From the IMG/VR virus record IMGVR_UViG_2597490185_000004, positions 1 to 43,003 of that record: a DNA stretch of 43,003 nt; one strand, given 5' to 3'. Made by a program: the position numbers and the translations under genes. This DNA comes from a virus. Positions 1 to 9,300 of this stretch are shown here, one piece after another. The stretch's first letter is position 1. The number at the start of each line of letters is the position of its first letter. The notes beneath the pieces were generated by a model that did not search any database, had not been told where the DNA came from, and saw only the letters and a list, made by a program, of their open reading frames with translations.

Positions 1-120
1 ATCAAACTTACGTACAAAGCCCGAAATTTTGTTACCGCTATTTGTCACAATTTCAATCGGTACATTGTGGAATTTCAGCCACGAAAGGCGCGATTTAATA
101 ATTTCGTAATCGTGATTCAT
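1..120 (-). CDS. Partial ORF running off the window edge; Hfq/Sm-like protein N-terminus
   Basis: Manual translation from ATG at 120, preceded by AAAGGAAAAGAGAA: MNHDYEIIKSRLSWLKFHNVPIEIVTNSGNKISGFVRKFD. It aligns without gaps to the Hfq helix + Sm1 region [29 protein letters not shown]. Confidence 0.55.
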   Translation of the reverse strand, partial: MNHDYEIIKSRLSWLKFHNVPIEIVTNSGNKISGFVRKFD

Positions 121-179
121 TTCTCTTTTTCCTTTAACATTAATCCATTATTGGATATTGTCATTTCCAAACAGGGCTT

Positions 180-908
180 CTATAAAAACTTAGAGGCTTT
201 CCTGAATTCGTTAGGGAACTGGTCTACGAAAATTTGCTGATCAAGATACTCAAGTGTGAAAACAGCCGAGAAAATCAGAAAATGTCGTTTATCAGGTCGT
301 GTGTCCGTAATTTGCCCCATCACATACTTTCTGTGAGCATCTTGGATTTCATCACCCGAATAGTTGGCTTTTTTGAAATAATCCAACTCAGAGCCATTCA
401 GTCGGGTTTCCTTACGCTTCTCGTTTCTCTCCGTGAAAATCTCCAATAAATCGTCCTGCCACAAATGATGAGGGCGCGGTAATTCACCCCACTCGCACTT
501 TGCCGCTATCGACAATATGCTCATAATGAAATAGCCATATTCGACACCAAGCTCATCCGCCTTTTGTCTGGCTTTCCATAGTGAAGTGATATTTGATTTA
601 GACAGATTAATAAACGGACAACGTTTAAGCCCCGTCTTAAATGGCGCCTTGCGAAAATCCTCCCTGCCGTGTCTCAGCATAATCTGCGAGTATTCACGTT
701 TATAGGCTTCTGCAAATAAGATGGTAGCGTCCATAGGGTGCAGATGCCGGTAGTCAAACCATTTGCTATCAAACAACGCTAATTCTTTGTTAGCGCGTGA
801 CAGACCAACGTTATCAACCGTCCACTGGTCTTTGTCTTGTGCCGTCCATGAGAGCATAAATTCCTGCGGGTCACCCTCTTTAATGAAATAATCCAATATT
901 AGGCACAT
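180..908 (-). CDS. Conserved phage-plasmid hypothetical protein
   Basis: 242-aa ORF. The motifs SKWFDYRHLHP, SLWKARQKAD and LPRPHHLW resemble an uncharacterised SSU5/pHCM2-group protein (recalled, not searched). Confidence 0.7.
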   Translation of the reverse strand: MCLILDYFIKEGDPQEFMLSWTAQDKDQWTVDNVGLSRANKELALFDSKWFDYRHLHPMDATILFAEAYKREYSQIMLRHGREDFRKAPFKTGLKRCPFINLSKSNITSLWKARQKADELGVEYGYFIMSILSIAAKCEWGELPRPHHLWQDDLLEIFTERNEKRKETRLNGSELDYFKKANYSGDEIQDAHRKYVMGQITDTRPDKRHFLIFSAVFTLEYLDQQIFVDQFPNEFRKASKFL

Positions 909-932
909 AGATACATTTAACCTTTTACTACA

Positions 933-950
933 TAAGTAAATAAGTACTTT
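933..950. promoter_or_regulatory. 18-bp palindromic operator-like box (1 mismatch)
   Basis: TAAGTA-AATAAG-TACTTT, upstream of 180..908. A minus-strand TGtTATAAA -10-like element is adjacent. Confidence 0.55.
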
Positions 951-1212
951 TTATAACAGCGAAAGAAACGAAAATCAATTCCGCTGAGAAGGTGTAAGTA
1001 AGAAAAAATGATAAAAAAAAGAGAGCAATACAAATGTCGTGCTCCCATAAGATATATATATAGATTTTGGTATTAAACAAACAACCAAAACAAATTAAGG
1101 ATCTCAATGATACCGCCTAACGTAGTATTCTCAAATAGATTTAAAATTCCTATATAAGAACTCTATTAATAACTATGAGAGCACGGTAGCTGTCATTAGT
1201 GGTAGGCGGATA

Positions 1213-1241
1213 TTCAATCCTAAAAAAAATCAATGTATAAT
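1213..1241 (+). promoter_or_regulatory. Sigma70-like promoter
   Basis: TTCAAT (1213-1218), 17-bp spacer, TATAAT (1236-1241), then GGAGG at 1266-1270 and ATG at 1276. Confidence 0.6.
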
Positions 1242-1275
1242 ATGCTTATAGATTGTCCAACATGTGGAGGGCAAT

Positions 1276-1914
1276 ATGGAACATATCAAATCAACAAGGG
1301 AACTCTCTAAGATGCCGTTTATTATTGGTGATGCGGATTTCAATAAAAAACTACGCATGCCGTCAAAGAACGTAGAACACACTCAATCGTTTTTAGATAA
1401 CGGTGTGACAGACTACACTTTGCCTGAATATGTCGTGCCGCACGGCTATCGCTTGGTCAAATCTTTGAAGAAAGATCAATTCCGTATGATCGCAGACGGC
1501 AAAGAACCAGAAACCGTTTACCTTGTTGAAGTATTTTTCCGAGAAGATATTGTTGTCGGCAAAACAACTTGTACCCAAATCAAAGTATGGCGTACTGTTT
1601 CGGCTAAACATCAGGAAGTCGTATCCGGTTTCCCGAAGACATTCTTTAAGCACCTTTTGATGAACCACAACATCGTCGTGACCGACGAGCAACAAACTGG
1701 TGACGGTAAGCGCTTCTGGGAAGCAATTATTTCTTGGGCGCTGAATATGAAATACAATGTTTACGCCTCAGATGGCACACAAGAAGATAGACCATTAATT
1801 ATCATTAAGACTATGGATGAATTTTACGACAAATGGGATGAATTTTGTTGGGGACACGATCCTGAAGTTCACACCCACCGCCTTGTGGTTATTAGTAGAA
1901 CGCCTCTGGTTTAA
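1276..1914 (+). CDS. Hypothetical protein, possible GNAT-like fold
   Basis: ORF 1264..1914, with the likely start ATG at 1276 after GGAGG. The C-terminal motif IVVTDEQQTGDGKRFW resembles the SD..Q/LT..G..FW pattern of phage GNAT-like proteins. Confidence 0.6.
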   Translation: MEHIKSTRELSKMPFIIGDADFNKKLRMPSKNVEHTQSFLDNGVTDYTLPEYVVPHGYRLVKSLKKDQFRMIADGKEPETVYLVEVFFREDIVVGKTTCTQIKVWRTVSAKHQEVVSGFPKTFFKHLLMNHNIVVTDEQQTGDGKRFWEAIISWALNMKYNVYASDGTQEDRPLIIIKTMDEFYDKWDEFCWGHDPEVHTHRLVVISRTPLV

Positions 1915-2090
1915 AATCCCCAAATAGGGGTTCTAAGTGGGGAAGAAGCTCAACAGAACGATTTTAGCGTAATCCATGCTGCTCAACAATGGCTGCCAAT
2001 TGAGAGACAAAAAATTGGACGGTTCCGATTTATTCCCCAACGTTGAACCTTATCGGGGGATGGGCAAAAATAGCCACGTCAGTATGACAG

Positions 2091-2212
2091 TCACAGGGGC
2101 CATCCATCTGTTTCTTCCGCCTGTTTGAGGGGCCTTAGCTGACCTTTTGTTACCTGTTCCGCAAGCGTGAATGTGTAGTGCCCCAGCATGGGAGTCCGTC
2201 AGTAAGGGGGGA
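2091..2212 (-). pseudogene. tnpA: Tn3-family transposase C-terminal remnant
   Basis: Minus strand 2189-2091 reads MLGHYTFTLAEQVTKGQLRPLKQAEETDGWPL*, closely matching the Tn3 TnpA C-terminus MLGHYSFTLAELVTKGHLRPLKEA. An out-of-frame SPLTDG lies just upstream (cf. SPLxHGHINMLGHY). Confidence 0.8.
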
Positions 2213-2584
2213 ACTGAGAGCTTTCAATGAAGATTTGTAATATATTGATTAGTAATATAATGGCTATTTAAATTGACCACTTAATGGCGATTACTGTTCC
2301 GCTGCTCCTCAAACCCCTATTTTCATCTCGCGAGATAGCCTAAGACCGGCTTCTTAAGACTCATCCGAAATACCTCAAAACCCATATTACATAAATTAAA
2401 TTTAACTGATATTCTTGTAAAATACCTCTTTAACCCCATCGACTGTAAACATACATAAATTTTTCCGATAAAATACCGATAAGTAATTAATCAAAGCAGG
2501 CTTGCGAAAAAAAGGGAATTCAGCACGTTGCCCAGAGTGAACTAGCCACGTTTATCAAAAATTGAATATCGAAAAAGGAACGAT

Positions 2585-4315
2585 GTGAAAACCTTTGAAC
2601 ACTATTTTCAACACGAGATCGCATATCTTCGCGCACTACAACGATTGATTAGCCAGGAAAAACCCCATCTGGCCGATATCCTCAATGGGCAAGATCCCGA
2701 TGTGGAAAGAATCAGCGAAGGCTTTGCATTTTTAACCGCACGTCAGCATCAAAAAATTGATGATGGTTTTCCGGAAATCACCCGCCCGACATTGCAAAGC
2801 TTACGCTCTCAGACCATTAAAGGCATACCAACTACCAGTGTCATGCAACTACACAGTGGGATTGGCGCAGACTCCGCCTGTTCAGTACCGAAAGTCAGTC
2901 AAATGACGACTGAGGCTGAATGCATCTTCGTGACCAGTCGGCAATGCGACATCGAACCGCTGGCACTGATCCGGCGAGAAATCTCTTATCAAGCAAAAGA
3001 AACCCAGCTCAAACTGACCTTTCAATATACCGGCAAGGATGACCATTGGCTTATCAACCCCATTAGCCTGTTTCTCAGTGCAGATAACACCGTGGCGGAC
3101 AGCCTGATGCTGGCGTTGAGGCAATATGCCTATGACATTCGGTTATACCGGGGAGAAACGTTGTGTCCGATGGACGGCATTCGTCTGGAACCGTTGCAGG
3201 GGACATCGCGTTTGATCCTGTCTCCCCCGCAAAAGTCAGGAAACTGGGCACCGCAATTATTGTTGGAATCCCTTTATCTGCCGCATGTCCACCACTTTAT
3301 GACATTGGTTTTGCCCACTTTCATGCAAGACCGTTTATCAATGGCAGAAACCAATGAATTTACCCTTACCATTCAGCTTAGTTGCGAGCTGGATGTGTCT
3401 GAAGCGCAAATTGAGCAGGCTTTTCACCTTCATTGTGTCCCGGTCTTCAACCGACAATCGCTGAGGTTAACAATCCCCTTTACGCCGGACAGTGCCCGTT
3501 ACTGTTTACCCATCGAGAACGGGATACTGGATGTTGTGGGGGTGGAGTTGGAGCAAGAGCCGGGGGAAGCCCTGCACCGCGGCCAGACATGCCAATTCTA
3601 CCCCACCAGCGTGTTGACGGGGATGGAGCGTTACCCTGATGATGAACCGGCGTGGTTCTATTCACTGGAAACGAGTGTTGATGCGTTGGGCAGGTTGCAA
3701 CATGAACTGGTGTTTCGCGATAACCGAAACCAATTAATGGCATCACCACCCGCGCATAAATTTGTTTGTCATTTCATGACCTTTGAGCTTCAAGCCCCGC
3801 CATTATCGCCCGGGGAAATCTGTTATGCCGATGAAAACATCCCGGATGATTTTCACATCAAAAACCTGACCACCGTCTCATCGCCTTATCCGCCGTTCAC
3901 CAATAACCACCATTACTGGACATTATTGTCACACTACTCCGCCAGTCCCTTTTTACTGTATTCGGCGGAGGCGCTTAAGCATTTGTTGCTGGGGTACGAT
4001 CTTTATGCCGATAAAGACAGAAACCAGAGCCGGAGGCTGCGGCGCCTGATCGGAGGCATTGTGACTGTGGAGTCTGTCTCTGGTGACAGGCTCGTGATGG
4101 GAGTTCCCCATCGTTGCCTGTTTGTTGATTTGACACTGGATAATACGGCTTATGAATCTGAAGGCGAGTTATTTGGGTTCGCCAATACCCTGTTTCAGTT
4201 TTTACCCTTTTGTCTGGCACAAGATATGCGGATGTTAATGAAATGCCACACAACATCGGGGGAAACCTATGTTTTATCTCGGTATCCTGTACAGGGATAC
4301 CGTCCGTTAATGTGA
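2585..4315 (+). CDS. tssF: Divergent T6SS baseplate subunit TssF (VasA/ImpG)-like
   Basis: 576 aa. The N-terminal YFQHEIAYLR...DPDVERISEGFAFLTAR...KIDDGFPEIT, internal FHLHCVPVFN and WTLLSHYS, and the C-terminal GELFGF are typical of TssF. Confidence 0.85.
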   Translation: MKTFEHYFQHEIAYLRALQRLISQEKPHLADILNGQDPDVERISEGFAFLTARQHQKIDDGFPEITRPTLQSLRSQTIKGIPTTSVMQLHSGIGADSACSVPKVSQMTTEAECIFVTSRQCDIEPLALIRREISYQAKETQLKLTFQYTGKDDHWLINPISLFLSADNTVADSLMLALRQYAYDIRLYRGETLCPMDGIRLEPLQGTSRLILSPPQKSGNWAPQLLLESLYLPHVHHFMTLVLPTFMQDRLSMAETNEFTLTIQLSCELDVSEAQIEQAFHLHCVPVFNRQSLRLTIPFTPDSARYCLPIENGILDVVGVELEQEPGEALHRGQTCQFYPTSVLTGMERYPDDEPAWFYSLETSVDALGRLQHELVFRDNRNQLMASPPAHKFVCHFMTFELQAPPLSPGEICYADENIPDDFHIKNLTTVSSPYPPFTNNHHYWTLLSHYSASPFLLYSAEALKHLLLGYDLYADKDRNQSRRLRRLIGGIVTVESVSGDRLVMGVPHRCLFVDLTLDNTAYESEGELFGFANTLFQFLPFCLAQDMRMLMKCHTTSGETYVLSRYPVQGYRPLM

Positions 4316-4333
4316 AAATAAGGACAGACAGTA

Positions 4334-6505
4334 ATGGATGGTTTAGTGTTTACCTGCCAGATAGGCAGATTGCCGCCGGCCACCTTTCAGGTGGTGAATT
4401 TCCAGTTACAGGAGCATTTATCACAGCTTTTTCACCTTAATCTGACCGTGATCAGCGCGCTAAATGACATCCCTTTGCGTGAACAACTTGATCGTGAAGC
4501 ATCATTAACGGTGATCCGCAATGGTGTCGTTGAACGTACCATAAATGGCATCATTGTGGGTGCAACACAAGGGAATACAGACGGCAGGCAGACTTATTAC
4601 ACCTTTATCTTGCGGCCGGAAATGTGGCGGATGACGCTCAATCAGGACAGCCGTATTTTTCAGCGCCAATCCGTTCCCGAAATTCTCACGCAGTTGCTGA
4701 AAGAGCATCGAATTAAAGCCGACAGCCAGTTTTATGATAGCCATGGGTATCATGCAAGACGGGAATATACGACCCAAAAACGGGAATCGGCCTATGAGTT
4801 CTGGAGCCGTTTGGCGGCGGAAGAAGGCATTATCTTTTGGTTTGAAGAAGACCAAATGTTCTTCAGCAATAGCCACTTGGGAATGACGGCGGGTCTCCCG
4901 TTAACCTATAACCCGCAGCCGGATACTGATGATACCGACGCGACCGTCTGGCAATGGCAATACGGGGAATACCTGTGCCCGGATGAATACCGCCATAAAG
5001 ACTATAATTTCCAGCGACCTTCCCAGCCGATGCTTACCCAAAGTACCTTGGAGCAAGCGGGCAATCATGCCGTGTTCGAAAGTTACGGGCGGTTCCAGTG
5101 GAGTAAGGAAGGCCAACCATTGGGGGACATTTATCTTAACCAGTTGAACAGTGAAAGTAAGATCGGCTCTGCGCAAAGCAACTGTATCAAGTTACGTCCG
5201 GGTAAAATATTCACGCTCAACGCCCACCCCGCGTTATCCATGAATGACCGCTGGCAGGTTGTCAGTATTACGCACACGGGGTCGCAGCCGCAGGCCGCAG
5301 GGATCGGCGGGGAAGGCACGACCTTAACCAGTAATATGACCTTTATCCCTGGCCGCGATGACTGGCGGCCACCGTACCGTTACAAACCCTTGGCCGATGG
5401 TGATGAATTGGCAACCGTGGTTGGGCCAGAAGGTGAAGAGATTTTCACCAACGAGTACGGGGCGATTAAAGTGCATTTTCACTGGAACCGCTACGACAAG
5501 CCGGGGGATGGCTCTTCGTGCTGGATACGGGTTGCCCAGGGCTGGAACGGCAACGGTTTTGGCTTTATGGCCATTCCCCGTATCGGTCAGGAAGTCATCG
5601 TTTCTTACCTGAACGGCGATATTGACCGCCCCATTGTGACCGGCTGCAATTACAACGGGCGCAATAGCCCGCCACTGGATTTGCCGGCACAAAAAACCCG
5701 CACAACGTTCAAGACTCATACACATAAAGGTGAAGGCTTTAACGAATTACGCTTTGACGATGCGAAGGGCAGCGAAGAAGTCTATATCCATGCCCAGAAA
5801 GACATGAACACCAAAGTGCTGAACAACCGCACGACGCAGGTTGATATGGATCATGAAGAGCGGATAGGACAAGACCAGAAATTGACGGTGGTACGGGATC
5901 AATTTGAGGAAATCCAACGCAGCCGTCAAACCCTGATCAAACAGGATGACGACGAGTCCGTTGCCGGTCATCAAACTTTACGGGTTGAAAAAAATCAGTC
6001 CACCACCATCACCGGGCAGCAAAGCGTCAACGTCGGTAAAAGCCAGTTGCTGGAAATCGCAGATAACCAGGAAATCAAGGTGGGGAAGCATATTGTGCTG
6101 CAATCTCAAAGCGGGCAAATCACGATAGGCAATGCTGGCGGCCAAATCATTATTGATCCGACAGGGGCTATCACGATTTCCGGCACCTCCATCTCAATGA
6201 CGGAGCACGCGGCCGGGAAAGCCGGCAGCCAGGCACTGTTTGATTATGCTGGTCGATTTATTCTGACCAACAGCAAGAACGGGAATAAGCCACTGGGCAA
6301 TACCCTGTATGAGATAAAAACCCCATCGGGGGTAGTATCCGGGCGTACCGATGCGTTTGGGCGTACAGCCATCGTACAGACGCCACAAGCGGATACGCTG
6401 GAGTTCAGCATCCCCGAAGAAAAAAAGGTAAAGAAAACCGAAACGCTTTACCACGTGGGGGATAATCAACCCGTGGATTACATCATGGAATTTAAGGAGG
6501 AATAA
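4334..6505 (+). CDS. vgrG: T6SS spike protein VgrG with C-terminal transthyretin-like extension
   Basis: QKRESAYEFWSRLAAEEGI, ATVVGPEGEEIFTNEYG, SSCWIRVAQGW, IPRIGQEVIV, FNELRFDDAKGSEEVYIHAQKDM, followed by beta-helix repeats and a C-terminal SGRTDAFGRT domain. Confidence 0.97.
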   Translation: MDGLVFTCQIGRLPPATFQVVNFQLQEHLSQLFHLNLTVISALNDIPLREQLDREASLTVIRNGVVERTINGIIVGATQGNTDGRQTYYTFILRPEMWRMTLNQDSRIFQRQSVPEILTQLLKEHRIKADSQFYDSHGYHARREYTTQKRESAYEFWSRLAAEEGIIFWFEEDQMFFSNSHLGMTAGLPLTYNPQPDTDDTDATVWQWQYGEYLCPDEYRHKDYNFQRPSQPMLTQSTLEQAGNHAVFESYGRFQWSKEGQPLGDIYLNQLNSESKIGSAQSNCIKLRPGKIFTLNAHPALSMNDRWQVVSITHTGSQPQAAGIGGEGTTLTSNMTFIPGRDDWRPPYRYKPLADGDELATVVGPEGEEIFTNEYGAIKVHFHWNRYDKPGDGSSCWIRVAQGWNGNGFGFMAIPRIGQEVIVSYLNGDIDRPIVTGCNYNGRNSPPLDLPAQKTRTTFKTHTHKGEGFNELRFDDAKGSEEVYIHAQKDMNTKVLNNRTTQVDMDHEERIGQDQKLTVVRDQFEEIQRSRQTLIKQDDDESVAGHQTLRVEKNQSTTITGQQSVNVGKSQLLEIADNQEIKVGKHIVLQSQSGQITIGNAGGQIIIDPTGAITISGTSISMTEHAAGKAGSQALFDYAGRFILTNSKNGNKPLGNTLYEIKTPSGVVSGRTDAFGRTAIVQTPQADTLEFSIPEEKKVKKTETLYHVGDNQPVDYIMEFKEE

Positions 6506-6507
6506 CA

Positions 6508-8073
6508 ATGGCGGAAAAACCTCAACAATTAAAACCAGGCACCATGTGCCCAGCTGTCACCTCAGTCAATTGCCGAATGGAGCAGATTGAATTCCCCAAA
6601 GATGAAGACCAATGCTACCTGGCAAGAAAAGCGGCGTTAGCCATTTGGGCACCCAAGATAAGTTTCAAAAAAGGAAAATCCATCTCCCTCAGACAGGCGA
6701 CGCTGAGCCAGTTGATTAAAGTAGAAGAAAATGCGTCTGATTGGCAATGGCAATATAAAGCAGAAGTAAGTTTTTACATGAGAGGGAGAAAGAAAACGCC
6801 ATTGCCTAAACTCGCGACAAGTGCAGGCAAAAAGAGGCTTTATGCAGGTAACTTACCCCACTCTGGAAGCTGGTTTTTAAATTTGTCTAAGCAAGACATC
6901 ATCAAACATGGTATTACAGGTTTGCGGCGACCTGATATTGTTTTAGTCAAAAATAAGCAGTTTCGCTGGCCGGGGCGTGACGCTCAATATCTTGATGGCT
7001 CCGTACATCCCGATAACCTGAAAGTGCTGATTGAAGTAAAATTTCCGGGAGACTCTTTATCAAAAGGACAAAAAAGAGATTATCCCCTCATTGCTGGTAA
7101 AGATCGCTTTGGTCTCTTTGTGGTTGAAGATAACCGGGATTCAGAAGAATGGAAAAATCAGTCAGCAGAAGCCAAAGCCGCTGAGATGGATTACATAAAA
7201 AAACATATGGCGTTGTTTGGTGGCTTATTTCCGCCGATTGACGGTAGTAATCGCCCTCCATCACCCGCACCAGCACCTGAAGTTAAACCGACACCACCCC
7301 CATCCTCTCCATTACCTATTCCGACCCACACAGGAATGGTCAGGTATATGCCGAAAAACCTCCCGCTGGTAAGTGAAAAACCGTGGCAGCATAAACCCAT
7401 GTTCAGTATCTGGATGGCTTTATCGCATGATCAAACCGTTCCCGCATTAATCACGCCCCCTGATGAATCATCATTTTGGGAACAAGTCGAAGCATTTTAT
7501 GATCAGGGTGTACAATTAGTGAAAGACGGGTTTACCTATACCAAGGATAGGGTTGTCCGAAGTTGGGAATGGACATGGGATTTAACGGCCAGTGGAATTA
7601 ATTACCTCACGGATAAAACACGTGAAGCCTTGGCGGCTTGCGGCGCCTGGTTTCGTGAATCGGGGAAATGGATAGCGGATGAAATTATTGATCCAGTAAC
7701 CAACAAGCTGAGCTATGCCATACATTGGGTGAGTGAAAAAACAGGGGAAATCGTTCGCCTTACCGAAGAAAAAATCACGGAAGCGGTGGAGATGCTATAC
7801 CAAAACACGGACTTGACCATTGAAGCATTAAAACACGTCGATTGGTATCAGATAGCGGCTGATTTGGGCAATGGAACCGTTGAATTAATGGTAAAAATCG
7901 GCGAAGAAATCGTTACCCTGATTGAAACCATTGTCGTTGTCGCTGCTATTGTTTTACTGGTTGGCTTAATCATTTGGGTGGGGAGTATTGTCGGCGGTGT
8001 CGCGTCGGCGGTATGGGCGATGTTGACCGCCGCAGCAGCGGGGATGGTCGCATTAACCGCGGCAACCGCATAA
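6508..8073 (+). CDS. Putative T6SS nuclease effector (VRR-NUC/TseV-like PD-(D/E)xK) with Pro-rich linker and hydrophobic C-terminus
   Basis: Directly downstream of vgrG. It has the motifs YKAEVSFYM, RRPDIVLVK and LIEVKFPGD, and a DUF3396-like gene follows it. Confidence 0.8.
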   Translation: MAEKPQQLKPGTMCPAVTSVNCRMEQIEFPKDEDQCYLARKAALAIWAPKISFKKGKSISLRQATLSQLIKVEENASDWQWQYKAEVSFYMRGRKKTPLPKLATSAGKKRLYAGNLPHSGSWFLNLSKQDIIKHGITGLRRPDIVLVKNKQFRWPGRDAQYLDGSVHPDNLKVLIEVKFPGDSLSKGQKRDYPLIAGKDRFGLFVVEDNRDSEEWKNQSAEAKAAEMDYIKKHMALFGGLFPPIDGSNRPPSPAPAPEVKPTPPPSSPLPIPTHTGMVRYMPKNLPLVSEKPWQHKPMFSIWMALSHDQTVPALITPPDESSFWEQVEAFYDQGVQLVKDGFTYTKDRVVRSWEWTWDLTASGINYLTDKTREALAACGAWFRESGKWIADEIIDPVTNKLSYAIHWVSEKTGEIVRLTEEKITEAVEMLYQNTDLTIEALKHVDWYQIAADLGNGTVELMVKIGEEIVTLIETIVVVAAIVLLVGLIIWVGSIVGGVASAVWAMLTAAAAGMVALTAATA

Positions 8074-8091
8074 TAAAGAAAAAGGATCATT

Positions 8092-9300
8092 ATGAATCAA
8101 GACGCTTACTTCGAGCATATCAAGGCACAGTTAACCAACTTTACCCTGCAAAGCGAACGCGATGTGACCGTGTCACGTTTAGGATTGGCCATCACCCTGT
8201 TTTTCAAACAAGGGTATACGCGAGAAAAAAAGGAGCGTATTCTCGCCTGTTTTCGACGATTTCGAGAAATGTACGGCGACAGATTACGATTCCATGCCCA
8301 CGAATTTAAAGGGCTAAAGAAGTTTTCAGCCGAAAATATTGAAAAGGTAGAGCAGCTAATTTTAAAAGCTGACAACGGGATATTTGTAGGTAATAAGATA
8401 TGCAGTTGGGATGTCAGTGATGCGAAAAATGCTGATGACGCGCCTCAATACAGGATGCATTATATTGATACGTGGGAAACTGATGGTAATGAGGCAAGCT
8501 CCTATTTATCTCTGGTATTACCGTGGGATCAGTTGGCAACAGATAAAGGGCAAACGGAATTTAACGAATGGCTGGCCTTTCTTTGTGAACAACTCAATCC
8601 CGATAGTGGGGAATGTGGTTACACATTAGTATTACCCCTAGACTATGAAATATACATGCCCCTAGAATATCAGCTTGCGATCCGTTATCCAACGATGCAG
8701 GTTAATTCTAATGTTTTTATCGACACCATGTATTTTTTTAATTCCATACGCAGTATTGACTGGATAACTTTGCTGTCACATCGCTTTATCAAGCGGTTGG
8801 GTGGTGAACAATGGGTAAGAAAAAAATTATCAGCCTATCCGGATATCGCCATTACTGAATACGGCAATGGACTGATAATTCGCGCCGGCGAATACCCTGA
8901 TTTGACCCCATTACCTGCCAGTGTGCCTGAAAGTTATATTGCGATTAATGAGTTAATTCGCCCTATACGTTATACCTTAAAAGATGAAGGTTACTCTTTA
9001 CATACCTATGGTGAAGGCCATTTCACAGGTGAAACCAGTGCCCTCTGGTATGCCCGTTATGACCGTGGCGCGTTACAAGTAGAGCCACTAATGGCGGGTG
9101 AGCCTGCCAGGGTGGATGGCTACTGGACAACCAAAGGGCGCGAAGGGCTGGAGAACGTCATCCTGCAAGGGGATATTGCCCCGGATGTTGAAGGCAATTC
9201 GCCGGGTACAACCGTGTGGCGTTTGGTGCGTCAGATTAAGCATGACGACATGAAAGATCTGAAAGAGCTAGAGGCACAACAAAATGCGGGCCACCATTGA
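8092..9300 (+). CDS. T6SS immunity protein, DUF3396/TsiV-like
   Basis: RLGLAITLFFKQG, SYLSLVLPW, SGECGY, EYQLAIRYP, IRSIDWITLL, GLIIRAGEYP and YIAINELIRPIR motifs; follows the effector gene. Confidence 0.8.
   Translation: MNQDAYFEHIKAQLTNFTLQSERDVTVSRLGLAITLFFKQGYTREKKERILACFRRFREMYGDRLRFHAHEFKGLKKFSAENIEKVEQLILKADNGIFVGNKICSWDVSDAKNADDAPQYRMHYIDTWETDGNEASSYLSLVLPWDQLATDKGQTEFNEWLAFLCEQLNPDSGECGYTLVLPLDYEIYMPLEYQLAIRYPTMQVNSNVFIDTMYFFNSIRSIDWITLLSHRFIKRLGGEQWVRKKLSAYPDIAITEYGNGLIIRAGEYPDLTPLPASVPESYIAINELIRPIRYTLKDEGYSLHTYGEGHFTGETSALWYARYDRGALQVEPLMAGEPARVDGYWTTKGREGLENVILQGDIAPDVEGNSPGTTVWRLVRQIKHDDMKDLKELEAQQNAGHH

Noticed and set aside
909-1210. AT-rich region as a replication origin
   Set aside because: I could see no iteron array or DnaA-box cluster, and there is no rep gene in the window.
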